Positions 44,101 through 58,300 of a DNA stretch of 64,000 nucleotides are shown here, one piece after another. The stretch is from the human T2T-CHM13v2.0 reference genome, Homo sapiens. Both the position numbers and the translations under genes were made by a program. Location of the stretch: the NCBI RefSeq assembly GCF_009914755.1, contig NC_060940.1, one strand, 5' to 3'. The notes under the pieces were generated by a model. It saw only the letters and a list, made by a program, of their open reading frames with translations, was not told the origin of the DNA and made no database searches. Each line of letters begins with the position of its first letter. Position 1 is the first letter of the stretch.

Positions 44101-46234
44101 TTCGATGATTCCATTTGCGGATATTCGATAATTCCATTTGAGTCCAACCGATGATTCCATTCGAGGCCATTCAATCATTCTTTTTGAGTCCTTTCGATAA
44201 AGATTCCATTTTAGTCCATTCAATAATTCCACTGGAGTCCATTCGATGATTGCTTTTAATTCCATTCGATGATATTCCATTCGAGTCCATTCGATGATTC
44301 CATTCGTGCTATTAGATGATGATTCCATTCATGACCATTTGGTGATTCCATTCGATTTCATTCGTTGATGATTCCATTCGAGTCCATTCCATGATTCCAT
44401 TCAAGTCCATTTGATGATTTCTTTGAATTCAATTCGATGATGATTCCATTCGAGTCCATTCGATGATTCCATTCAGTTCCATTCGATGATGATTCCTTTC
44501 GAGACCATATGATGATTCCATTTGATTTCATTCGATGATGATTCCATTCGATTCCATTCGATGATTCCATTCTATTCCATTCGATGATGATTCCATTCGA
44601 GTCCATTTAATGATTCCATTGGGTTCAATTCAATGATGATTACATTGGATTCTCTTCTATGATACCATTCAATTCCGTTCATTGACAATTTGATTCCATT
44701 CGATGATGATTCCATTTGAGTTCATTCGATGATTCTATTCGATTCTCTTCGATGGTGATTCAATTCTATTATATTGGATGATTCCATTCGATTCCATTTG
44801 ATGTTGATTCAATTCGATTCTATTCGATGATGATTCCATTGGATTTCATTTGATGATTCTATTCGATTCCATTCAATGATGATTCACTTCTCGTCCATTG
44901 GATGATTCCATTTCATTCCATTCGATGATGATTCCATTCGATTCCATTCGATGATTCCATTTGATTCCATTCGACGGTGAGCAATTCGATTCAATTCCAT
45001 GATGATTCTATTTGATTCAGTTAGATGATGTTTCCATTCGAATCCATTCCATGATTATTCCATTGGAATCCATTCGGCGATGATTCCATATGAGTCAATT
45101 CAATGATGATTCCATATGGGTCAGTTCGATGATAATTCCATTTGATTTCATTCGATGCTTCTATTCAATTCCAGTCGATGATGATTCCGTTGGAGTCCAT
45201 ACGATGACTCCATTTGATTTCATTTGATGATGATTCCATTCGATTCCATTCGATGACTCCATTCTGTTCCATTCGATGATGATTCCATTCGAGTCCATTC
45301 GATGATTCCATTCGAGTCCATTTCATGATTCCATTGGGTTCAATTCGATGATGATTACACTGGATTCCATTCTATGATTCCATTCAATTCCATTCGTTGA
45401 TGATTCGATTCCATTCAATGATGATTCCATTTGAGTTCATTCGATGATTCTATTCGATTCCGTTCGATGGTGATTCAATTCTATTATATTGGATGATTCC
45501 ATTCGATTCCATTTGATGATGATTCCATTCGATTCCATTCGATGATGATTCCATTTGATTCCATTTGATGTTGATTCTATTCGATTCTATTCAATGATGA
45601 TTCCATTCGATTTCATTTGATGATTCTATTCGATTCCTTTCGATGATTCTATTCCATTCCATTCGATGATGATTCAATTCTCTTCCATTGGATGATTCCA
45701 TTTTATTCCATTCGACGATGACTCCATTTGATTCCATTCAATGATGATTCCATTCGATTCCATTCGGTGATTCCATTTGATTCCATTCGACGGTGAGCAA
45801 TTTGATTCAATTCCATAATGATTCTATTTGATTCAATTAGATGATGTTTCCATTCGAATCCATTCGGTGATGATTCCATTGGTATCCATTCGACCATGAT
45901 TCCATATGAGTCAATTCGATGATGATTCCATACGAGTCCGTTGGATGATAATTCCATTTGATTTCATTCAATCCTTCTATTCGATTCCATTTGATGATGA
46001 TTCCATCTGAATCCATTCTCCGATTCCATTCGATTTCATTCGATGCTTCTATTTGATTTCATTCGAAGATGATTCCTTTCAATTCCGTTCATTAATTCCA
46101 TTTGATTCCATTCGATGATGATTCCATCCGATTCCATTGGATGATGATTCCATTCGAGTCCATTCGATGATTCCGTTCTAATCCATTCTATGATTCCATT
46201 CGAGTCCATTCGATGATTCCATTCGATTCCATTC
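35139..46234 (+). repeat. ~11.09-kb higher-order HSat2 unit, copy A
   Basis: ORF offsets 35872 to 46964, 37367 to 48459, 38302 to 49394 and 39323 to 50415 are all 11,092. The offset is 11,096 upstream of a 4-bp ACTC duplication at ~35411-35418. Confidence 0.9.
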
Positions 46235-49200
46235 AGTGATGATTCCATTTGATTCCATCTGATGATGATTTCATTTGATTCCATTCGATGATGATTCCAT
46301 TGGAGTCCATTGAATGATTCAATTCAATTCCATTCCATGTGGATTCCATTCGAATTCATTCGATTATTCCCTTCAAATCCCTTCGTTGATTCCATCTGAT
46401 TCCACTTGACGATGATTCCATTCAAGTCCAATCGATGATTCCATTCGGTTCCATTCAATGATTCCATTCGAGTCCATTTATGTATTATATTCGTGTCCAC
46501 TTGATGACTCCATTCAATTCCATTTAATGATGATTCCATTTGATTCCATTTGATGATTCAGTTCGATTCCTTACAATGATTCCCTACGATTCCTTTCTAT
46601 GATGATTCCATTCGATTCCATTCATTGATGATTCCATTCGACTCCATTCGATGATGATTCCTTTCGATTCCATTTGACGATGTTTCCATTTGAGTCCATT
46701 CGATGATGATTCAATTCAGTTCTGTTCTATTGTGAATCCATTCGATTTCATTCAATGCTTCTATTTGATTCCATTCGACGATGATTCCATCTCTTTCCCT
46801 TCGATGATTCCATTTGATTCCATTCAGTGATGATTCCATTTGATTCCATCTGATGATGATTTCACTTGATTCATTTCAGTGATGATTCCATTCAAGTCCA
46901 TTCGATGATTCCATTGGAGTCCAAACGATCATTCCATTCGATTCCATTCAATGATGATTAAATTCATGTCCATTCAATGAATCCTTTCAATTCCATTCGA
47001 TGATGACTCCATTCGAGTACATTCGATGATTCCATTTGATTCCATTTGATGATGATTACATTCAATTCCATTCGAAGATGATTCCATTCAATTCCACTTG
47101 ATGATGATTCCGTATGAATCCATTCGCTGATTATTCCATTCGATTCCATTCATTGACGATTCCATTCGATTCCATTCAATGATGATTCTCTTCTATTCCA
47201 TTCGATGATTCCGTTCGATTCCATTCGATGATGATTCCATTAGATTCCATTCGATTGTTGCATTCGATTCCCTTCGATGATGATTCCTTTGAATTCCATT
47301 CGATTATGATTCCGTATGAATCCATTTGATGATTATTCCATTGGATTCCTTTCGATGATGATTCCATTCGATTCCATTTGATGATGTTTCTCATGTATTC
47401 CATTTGATAATTCCTTTCAATTCCCTTCGATGATGATTCTTTCGAGTCAATTCGATGATTCTATTCCATTCCCTTCGATGATGATTCCATTTCACTCCAT
47501 TCGATGATTCCATTCGATTCAATTTGGTGATGATTCAATTCGATGACATTCGATGACTCCATTCAATTTCATTTGATGATGATTACATTCGAGTCCATTT
47601 GATGATTGTATTCCTTTCCTTTTGATGATTATTCCATTCGTGTCTATTCAAAGATTCCATTCTATTCCATTCAATGATGATTCCAATTGATTCCATTCAA
47701 TGATTATGGCTATCGATTCCACTCGTTGATTCCATTTGATTCCATTCGATGATTATTCCGTTAGATTCCATTAGGAGATTCCATTCGATTTTATTCAATG
47801 ATTCCAATTGATTCCATTCAATGATGATTCCATTCCACTCCGTTCAGTGATTCCATTTGAGTCCATTTGAGGATTCCATTCGAGTCCATTTGATGATTCC
47901 ATTCTTTTCCATTTGATGATGATTCCATTAGGGTCCATTCAATGATTCCATTCGAGTCCATTCGTTAATGCCTTTCGAGTCCTTTTGATCACTACATTCG
48001 AGTCCATTCAATGATTCTATTCGATTCCATTCCATGATGATTCCATTCGAGTTCATTCGATGATTGCATTCGAGTCCATTTGATGATTCCATATGATTCC
48101 ATTCGACAATGATTCCATTCGTGTCCATTTGATGATTCCATTCATTTCCTATCGATGAAGATTCCATTCGAGTGTATTCGATGATTCCATTCAAATCCAT
48201 TCGATGATGATTCCATTCCAGTCCATTCGATCATTCCACTTGATTCCATTTGATGACTATTCCATTCAAATCCATTTGATGATTCGATTCGATTCCATTC
48301 GATGTTACCATTCCAGTATATACGATGATTCCACTCGATTCCATTTGATGATTATTCCATTGGAGTCGACTTAGTGAATCCTTTAGATTCTACTCGAAGA
48401 TGATTCCATTCGAGTCCATTCGATGATACCATTCAATTCCATTCGTTGATGCTTCCATTCAAGTGCATTCGATGATATCATTCGATTCCATTTGATGATA
48501 ATTCCATTTGATTCCATGTGATGATTCTATTCCATTCCATTCAATGATAATTCCATTCAATTCAGTGATTCCTCTGGACTCCATTTGATGATGATTCCAT
48601 TCAATGATTCCATTCGATTCTATTGGAAAATGATTCCATTTGAATCCATTTGATGATGATTCCATTCGATTCCATTTGATGATTCCATTCGATTCCATTC
48701 GACGATGATTCCATTCGATTCCATTTGATGATTCCATTCTATTCTATTCGATGATGATTCCATTCGATTCCATTCGATGATGATTGGATTCGATTCCATT
48801 TGATGATTTCATTTGATTCCATTCGATGATGATTTCGATCAATTCCATTCGATGATTCCATTCGATTCCATTTGATAATGATTACATCCGAGTCCATTCG
48901 ATGATTCCATTTGAGCCCGTTCGATAATTCCATTTGAGTCCAATCAATGATTCCATTCATTTCCATTCAATGATTCCATTCGAGTCCATTTGATCATTCC
49001 GGTAGGGTCCGTTCGATGTTGATTCCATTGGAGTGCATTCGATGATTCCATTCGAGTCCATTTTAGGATTTGATTCGAGTCCTTTCGATGATTCCATTCG
49101 ATTCCACTCGATGCGATGATGATTTCATTCGAGTCCATTCGACACTTCCAATCGATTCCATTTGATGTTTCCATTCGAGTCCAATTGATGATTCCATTCA

Positions 49201-52200
49201 ATTCCATTCGATGATGATTCCGTACGATTCCATTCTGTGATGATTCCATGTGATTGCATTCAGTGATGATTCCTTTCGATTGCATTCGATTATGATTCAT
49301 TTCGTGTTCATTCTATGGTTCCACAGGTTTCACATCGTGTCCATTCCATTATTCCATTCTATTCCATTTGATGATGATTCCATTCGATTCCATTCATTGG
49401 TGATTCCACTCAATTCCATTCAATGATTCCATTCCATTTCTTTCAACAATGATTCCATTAGTTTCTAATCGATGATCCACTTGATTCCATTTGACGGTGA
49501 TTCCATTCTTGTCCATTCGATGATTCCATTTGATTCCATATGATGATGCTTCCATTCGATTCCATACGATGATGATTCCATTCGAGTCCATTCAATGGTG
49601 ATTCCATTCAATTCCATTCGGTGATTCCTTTCGATTCCATTTGATGATGATGGCATTCGATTCCTTTCAATCATTCCCTTTGATTCCACTCAAAGGTGAT
49701 TTCATTCAAGTCCATTCGATAATTGCATTCGATTCCATTCTATGATGATTCCATTCGAGTCCATTTGATGATTCCATTCAATTCAAGTCAATGATGATTC
49801 CATTCGATTCCATTCGATGATTCCATTGGATTCCATTCGATGATGATTCCATTCAAATCCATTCGATAATTCAATTCACGTCCATTCGATGATGATTCCA
49901 ATCGAATCCATTCAAAGATTCCATTCAATTCCATTCGATGATTCCCTTAGATTCCATTCGATGATTCCACTTGATTCCATTTACGATGATTCCATTCGAT
50001 TCCATGTGATGATTCCATTCAATTCTATTCAATGATGTTTCCATTTGATTCCATTCGACCATGATTGCCTTTGATTCCATTCAATGATTCCATTCGGTTC
50101 CGTTTGATGATGATTCCGTTCGATTCCATTTGATGATTCCATTTGATTCCATTGGATGAGTCCATTCGATTACATTCGATGATTATTCCATTCGAGTGCA
50201 TTAGATGATTCCATTCGAGTCCATTCGATGATTCCATTCGAGTCCATTCGATGATTCCATTCGATTCCATTCGATGTTGATTCTGTTCAAATCCATTCGA
50301 TGATTCCACTCGATTCCATTCGATGACTCCATTTGATCCCATTCGATGATTTCCTTTGATTCCCTTTGATGATCATTCCATTTGATTCAATTCGGTGATT
50401 TCATTGGATTCCATTCAGTGATGTTTCCATTCGACTCCATTCGATGATGATTCCATTCGACTACATTCGATTATGATTTCATTCAATTCCATTCGATAAA
50501 GATTCCCTTCGAGTCCAATCGATGATTCCATTCGATTCCATTCAACGATGATTTGATTCGTGTCCATTCGATGATTCCATTTGATTCCACTTGATGAGGA
50601 TTCCATTCGAGTCCATTTGATGATTCCATTCAATTCCATTCTCCGATGATTTCTTTTGAGCCCACTCAATGCTTCCACTCGATTCCATATGATGATGACT
50701 CCATTCGATGAAATTCGATGATGATTCCATTCGCTTGCATTCGATGATGATTCCACTTGAGTCCATTAGAAGATTCTATTCAATTACATTCCATGACGAT
50801 TCCGTTCGAGTCCATTTGATGATTCCATTAGACTCCATTCGACGATGATTCCATTCGATGTTATTCGATGATTCCATTCGATCTCATTCGATGATGATTC
50901 CATTCAACTCCATTCGATGTTTCCATTCGAGTTCATTCTATTATTCCATTAGATTCCATTCGATGATGATTCCATTCGATTCCATTTGATGATTGCATTC
51001 TATTTCATTTGATGATGATTCCATTCGAGTCCACTCGATGATTCCATTCGAGTCCATTTAATGAATCCATTGGTTTCAATTCTATGATGATTACATTGGA
51101 TTCCATTCGTTGATGATTTCATTCGGTTCCATTCAATGATGATTCCATTCAATTCCTTTCAATGTTTCCATTCAATTCCATACGATGATGATTCCATTTG
51201 ATTTGATTCGACAGTGAGCCATTCGATTCAATTCCATGATGATTCTATTTGATTCAATTGGTTGACATTTCCATTCGATTCCATTCGATGATGATTCCCT
51301 TTGATTCCATTCAAAGATGATTCCATTCTAGCCCATTCAATCATTCCATTCGATTCTATTCAATGATGATTCCATTCATGTCGATTTGGTGATTCCATTT
51401 GACTTCATTTGATGATGATTCCTTTCAAGTTCATTAGATGATTCCATTCGATTCCATTTGATGATGATCCCATTCGAGTCCATTCAGTGATTCCACTCGT
51501 TTCCATTCCATGATGATTCCATTCCATTCCATTCAATGATTCCATTCGATTCCGTTTGATGATGATTTCATTCGAGTCCATTCAATGATTCCATTCGATT
51601 CCAATCGATGGTGGTTCCATTAGAGTCCATTTAATGATTCCATTTGATTCCAGTCTCTGATGTTTACATTCGAGTCCATACGATGATTCCACTAAATTCC
51701 ATATGATGATGATTCCATTCGATTCCATTGGATGATTCCATTCTATTCTATTCAAAGGTGATTCCATTCGAGTACATTAGATGATTCCATTCGATTCCAT
51801 TCAATGATGATTCTATTTGTGTCCCTTAGATGATTCCACATGATTCCATTAGATGATGATACTATTTGAGCCCATCCAATGATTCCCTTCGATTCCATTC
51901 GATGAGGATTCCATTCGATTCAATTCATTGGTGATTCTATTCAATTCAATTCTTTGATTCAATTCCATTCCATTCGACAATGATTCCATTCGATTTCTTT
52001 CGATGATTCCACTCAATTTCACTTGACATTGATTCCATTCGATTCCATTCAATGATTCCATTTGATTCCAGTGGATGATGATTGCCGTCGATTCCATTCG
52101 ATCACTCCATTCTGTTCCATTTGATGATGATTACATTCGATTCCATTTGATGATTCCATCTGATTCTATTCGAGGATTCCATTTGATTCCATTCGATGAT

Positions 52201-53335
52201 GATTCCATTCGAGTCCATTCGATGATTTCATTCGAGTACATCCAATGAATCCATTCGAGTCCATTTGATGATTCCATTTCATTCCATTTGATTATGATTC
52301 TACTAGAGTCCATTCAATGACTCCATTCGAGTCCATTCAACAGTTCCATCCGAGTCCATTCGATGATTCCATTCGATTCCATTTGATCATTCCATTCGAG
52401 TCCATTTAATCATTACAGTCGAGTCCATTTGGTGATTCCACTGGATTTCTTTTGATAATGATACCATTCAATTACATTTGATGATGATCCCATTCAAATT
52501 CATTTGATGATGATTCCATTAGAGTCCATTCCATGATTTCATTCGAGTCCCTTCATTGATTCCATCCGATTTCATTTCATGATGACTCCATTCGAGTCCA
52601 TTCGATGATTCCACTCGATTCCATTAGATGATTCCATTGGAGTCCATTTGATTGTTCCATTCGATTCCATTCGATTCCTTTCGAAGATTATTCCATTTGA
52701 GTCCATTCGATGATGATTCCATTCCATTCCATTCGATGATTCCGTTTGATTCCATTCGATGATTCCCTGCGATTCCTTTCTATGATGATTCCATTCCATT
52801 CCATTCAATGATTCCATTCGAATCTATTCCATGATGATTCCTTTCGATTCCATTCGCTGATGTTTCCGTTCAATTCCATTCGATGATGATTCCATTCGAT
52901 TCCATTCATTGAGGATTCCATTGGATTCCATTCAATGATGATTCCATTCTATTCCATTCAATGATTGCATTCAATTCCATTCAATGATTATGCCATTAGT
53001 GTAAATTCAACGATTCCGTTCAATACCATTCGATGATGATTCCTTTTGAGTCCATTCAATGATTTCATTCAAGTCCATTTGATGATTCCTTTCAATTCCA
53101 TTCCATGATGATTCCATTCGAGTCCATTCGATGATTCCATTCGATTGCATTCGATGATTCCATTATATTCCATTCAACGATGATTCCATTCGAGTCCATT
53201 CGATGATTCCATTAGAGTACATTTAATGATTGCTTTGTTTTCAATTCGAAGATGATTACATTGGATTCCATTCTATGATTCCATTCGATTCCATTCATTG
53301 ATGATTCCACCCAATTCCATTCGATGATGATTCCA
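46235..53335 (+). repeat. ~11.09-kb unit, partial copy B (~7.1 kb, with a 121-bp deletion)
   Basis: Collinear with 35139-42364. Offset drops from 11,092 to 10,971 at ~51574-51582. Similarity ends after GATTCCACCCAATTCCATTCGATGATGATTCCA near 53335. Confidence 0.88.
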
Positions 53336-54020
53336 TTCGATTTCAATGATTCTACTCGATTCCATTCAATGATGATTCAATTCTATTCCGTTTGATGATT
53401 CCATTAGATTCCATTCTATGATGATTCCATTCGAGTCCATTCGAAGATTTCATTCGATTACATTCCATGACGATTCCATTCGAGTCCATTCGATGATTCC
53501 ATTTGAATCCATTCGACGATGATTCCATTTGATGCTATTCGATGATTCCATTGGATTCCATTCGATGATGATTCCATTCGACTTGATTTGATGTTTCTAT
53601 TTGAGTCCATTCGGTTATTTTATTAGACTACATTCGATGATGATTCCATTCGATGCCATTCAGTGGTTCCATTTGATTCCACTCAATGATGATTGCATTC
53701 GTGTCCATTCGATGATTCCATTTGGTTCCATTTGATGATGATTCCATTCGAGTCCATTCGGTGATACCATTCAATTCCATTCGATGATCATTCCATTCGA
53801 ATCCATTTGATGATTCCACTCAATTCCATTTGATGACTCCTTTCATTCCCATTCGATGATTCCCTTCAGTTCCAATTGGATGATCTTTCCATTTGATTCA
53901 ATATGGTGACTCCATTCTATTATATTCAATGATGATTCCATTCGACTCCATTAGATGATGACTTCATTCCATTCCATTCGATTGTGATTTCATTCGATTC
54001 CATTCGAAGATGATTCCATT
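53336..54020 (+). repeat. More diverged HSat2 segment with no close copy in this window
   Basis: Only distant paralogy to 6.1-kb unit positions ~5120-5340 (at 53430-53650) and ~4660-4870 (at 53810-54020). Boundaries are approximate. Confidence 0.7.
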
Positions 54021-55390
54021 CGAGTCCATTCGATGATTCCATTCGATTTCATTCAACGATGATTTGATTCGTGTCCATTCGATGATTCCATTTGATTCCA
54101 CTTGATGATGATTCCATTCGAGTCCATTTGATGATTCCATTCAATTCCATTCTCCGATGACTTCTTTTGAGCCCATTCAATGCTTCCACTCGATTCCATA
54201 TGATGATGACTCCATTCGATGAAATTCGATGATGATTCCATTCGCTTGCATTCGATGATGATTCCACTTGAGTCCATTAGAAGATTCTATTCAATTACAT
54301 TCCATGACGATTCCGTTCGAGTCCATTTGATGATTCCATTAGACTCCATTCGACGATGATTCCATTCGAGGTTATTCGATGATTCCATTCGATCTCATTC
54401 GATGATGATTCCATTCAACTCCATTCGATGTTTCCATTCGAGTTCATTCTATTATTCCATTAGATTCCATTCGATGATGATTCCATTCGATTCCATTTGA
54501 TGATTGCATTCTATTTCATTTGATGATGATTCCATTCGAGTCCACTCGATGATTCCATTCGAGTCCATTTAATGAATCCATTGGTTTCAATTCTATGATG
54601 ATTACATTGGATTCCATTCGTTGATGATTTCATTCGGTTCCATTCAATGATGATTCCATTCAATTCCTTTCAATGTTTCCATTCAATTCCATACGATGAT
54701 GATTCCATTTGATTTGATTCGACAGTGAGCCATTCGATTCAATTCCATGATGATTCTATTTGATTCAATTGGTTGACATTTCCATTCGATTCCATTCGAT
54801 GATGATTCCCTTTGATTCCATTCAAAGATGATTCCATTCTAGCCCATTCAATCATTCCATTCGATTCTATTCAATGATGATTCCATTCATGTCGATTTGG
54901 TGATTCCATTTGACTTCATTTGATGATGATTCCTTTCAAGTTCATTAGATGATTCCATTCGATTCCATTTGATGATGATCCCATTCGAGTCCATTCAGTG
55001 ATTCCACTCGTTTCCATTCCATGATGATTCCATTCCATTCCATTCAATGATTCCATTCGATTCCGTTTGATGATGATTTCATTCGAGTCCATTTGATGAT
55101 TCCATTTGATTCCATTCGATGATGATTCCATTCGAGTCCATTCGATGATTGTATTCGAATCCATTTGATGATTTCTTTTGATTATAGTTGGTGATGATTC
55201 CATTGGAGTCCATTCAATGATTCCATTCGATTCCAATCGATGGTGATTCCATTAGAGTCCATTTAATGATTCCATTTGATTCCAGTCTCTGATGATTACA
55301 TTCGAGTCCATACAATGATTCCACTCAATTCCATATGATGATGATTCCATTCGATTCCATTCGATGATTCCATTCTATTCTATTCAATGG
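54021..55390 (+). repeat. 1.37-kb fragment of the 6.1-kb unit (equivalent to ~4871-6240), repeated 2,013 bp downstream
   Basis: ORF 54053 corresponds to 4903 and 56066; ORF 54916 corresponds to 5766. Confidence 0.87.
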
Positions 55391-58300
55391 TGATTCCATT
55401 CAAATCCATTCGATAATTCAATTCAAGTCCATTCGATGATGATTAAAATCGAATCCATTCAAAGATTCCATTCAGTTCCATTCGATGATTCCCTTAGATT
55501 CCATTCGATGATTCCACTTGATTCCATTTACGATGATTCCATTCGATTCCATGTGATGATTCCATTCAATTCTATTCAATGCTGTTTCCATTTGATTCCA
55601 TTCGACCATGATTGCCTTTGATTCCATTCAATGACTCCATTCGGTTCCTTTTGATGATGATTCCGTTCGATTCCATTTCATTATTCCATTTGATTCCATT
55701 GGATGAGTCCATTCGATTACATTCGATGATTATTCCATTCGAGTGCATTAGATGATTCCATTCGAGTCCATTCGATGATTCCATTCGATTCCATTCGATG
55801 TTGATTCTGTTCAAATCCATTCGATGATTCCACTCGATTCCATTCGATGACTCCAGTTGATCCCATTCGATGATTTCCTTTGATTCCCTTTGATGATCAT
55901 TCCATTTGATTCAATTCGGTGATTTCATTTGATTCCATTCAGTGATGATTCCATTCGACTCCATTCGATGATGATTCCATTCGACTCCATTCGATTATGA
56001 TTTCATTCAATTCCATTCGATAATGATTCCCTTCGAGTCCATTCGATGATTCCATTCGATTCCATTCAACGATGATTTGATTCGTGTCCATTCGATGATT
56101 CCATTTGATTCCACTTGATGATGATTCCATTCGAGTCCATTTGATGATTCCATTCAATTCCATTCTCCGATGATTTCTTTTGAGCCCATTCAATGCTTCC
56201 ACTCGATTCCATATGATGATGACTCCATTCGATGAAATTCGATGATGATTCCATTCGCTTGCATTCGATGATGATTCCACTTGAGTCCATTAGAAGATTC
56301 TATTCAATTACATTCCATGACGATTCCGTTCGAGTCCATTTGATGATTCCATTAGACTCCATTCGACGATGATTCCATTCGATGTTATTCGATGATTCCA
56401 TTCGATCTCATTCGATGATGATTCCATTCAACTCCATTCGATGTTTCCATTCGAGTTCATTCTATTATTCCATTAGATTCCATTCGATGATGATTCCATT
56501 CGATTCCATTTGATGATTGCATTCTATTTCATTTGATGATGATTCCATTCGAGTCCACTCGATGATTCTATTCGAGTCCATTTAATGAATCCATTGGTTT
56601 CAATTCTATGATGATTACATTGGATTACATTCGTTGATGACTTCATTCGGTTCCATTCAATGATGATTCCATTCAATTCCTTTCAATGTTTCCATTCAAT
56701 TCCATACGATGATGATTCCATTTGATTTGATTCGACAGTGAGCCATTCGATTCAATTCCATGATGATTCTATTTGATTCCATTGGTTGACATTTCCATTC
56801 GATTCCATTCGATGATGATTCCCTTTGATTCCATTCAAAGATGATTCCATTCTAGCCCATTCAATCATTCCATTCGATTCTATTCAATGATGATTCCATT
56901 CATGTCGATTTGGTGATTCCATTTGACTTCATTTGATGATGATTCATTTCAAGTTCATTAGATGATTCCATTCGATTCCATTTGATGATGATCCCATTCG
57001 AGTCCATTCAGTGATTCCACTCGTTTCCATTCCATGATGATTCCATTCCATTCCATTCAATGATTCCATTCGATTCCGTTTGATGATGATTTCATTCGAG
57101 TCCATTTGATGATTCCATTGGATTCCATTCGATGATGATTCCATTCGAGTCCATTCGATGATTCTATTCGAATCCATTTGATGATTTCTTTTGATTATAG
57201 TTGGTGATGATTCCATTGGAGTCCATTCAATGATTCCATTCGATTCCAATCGATGGTGATTCCATTAGAGTCCATTTAACGATTCCATTTGATTCCAGTC
57301 TCTGATGATTACATTCGAGTCCATACGATGATTCCACTCAATTCCATATGATGATGATTCCATTCTATTCCATTCGATGATTCCATTCTATTCTATTCAA
57401 TGGTGATTCCATTCGAGTACATTAGATGATTCCATTCGATTCCATTCAATGATGATTCTATTTGTGTCCCTTAGATGATTCCACATGATTCCATTAGATG
57501 ATGATACTATTTGAGCCCATCCAATGATTCCCTTCGATTCCATTCGATGAGGATTCCATTCGATTCAATTCATTGGTGATTCTATTCAATTCAATTCTTT
57601 GATTCCATTCCATTCCATTCGACAATGATTCCATTCGATTTCTTTCGATGATTCCACTCGATTCCACTTGACATTGATTCCCTTCGATTCCATTCAATGA
57701 TTCCATTTGATTCCAGTGGATGATGATTGCCATCGATTCCATTCGATCACTCCATTCTATTCCATTTGATGATGATTACATTCGATTCCATTTGACGATT
57801 CCATCTGATTCTATTCGAGGATTCCATTTGATTCCATTCGATGATGATTCCATTCGAGTCCATTCGATGATTTCATTCGAGTACATCCAATGATTCCATT
57901 CGAGTCCATTTGATGATTCCATTTGATTCCATTTGATAATGATTCTACTAGAGTCCATTCAATGACTCCATTCGAGTCCATTCAACAATTCCATTCGACT
58001 CCATTTGATGATTCCATTCGATTCCATTTGATGATTCCATTCGAGTCCATTTAATCATTACAGTCGAGTCCATTTGGTGATTCCACCGGATTTCTTTTGA
58101 TAATGATACCATTCAATTACATTTGATGATGATCCCATTCAATTTCATTTGATGGTGATTCCATTAGAGTCCATTCGATGATTTCATTCGAGTCCCTTCA
58201 TTGATTCCATCCGATTTCATTGGATGATGACTCCATTCGAGTCCATTCGATGATTCCACTCGATTCCATTAGATGACTCCATTGGAGTCCATTTGATTGT

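Noticed and set aside
43771-44328. Longest ORF (185 aa) and cluster of overlapping ORFs
   Set aside because: Same low-complexity satellite translation in all three minus frames; the length is compatible with chance.
42440-57414. Near-equal sizes of the 2,012-bp block and the 2,013-bp jump-back as a hidden 2-kb period
   Set aside because: The events involve different sequences and I could not see a shared 2-kb homology; treated as coincidence unless autocorrelation shows a peak.
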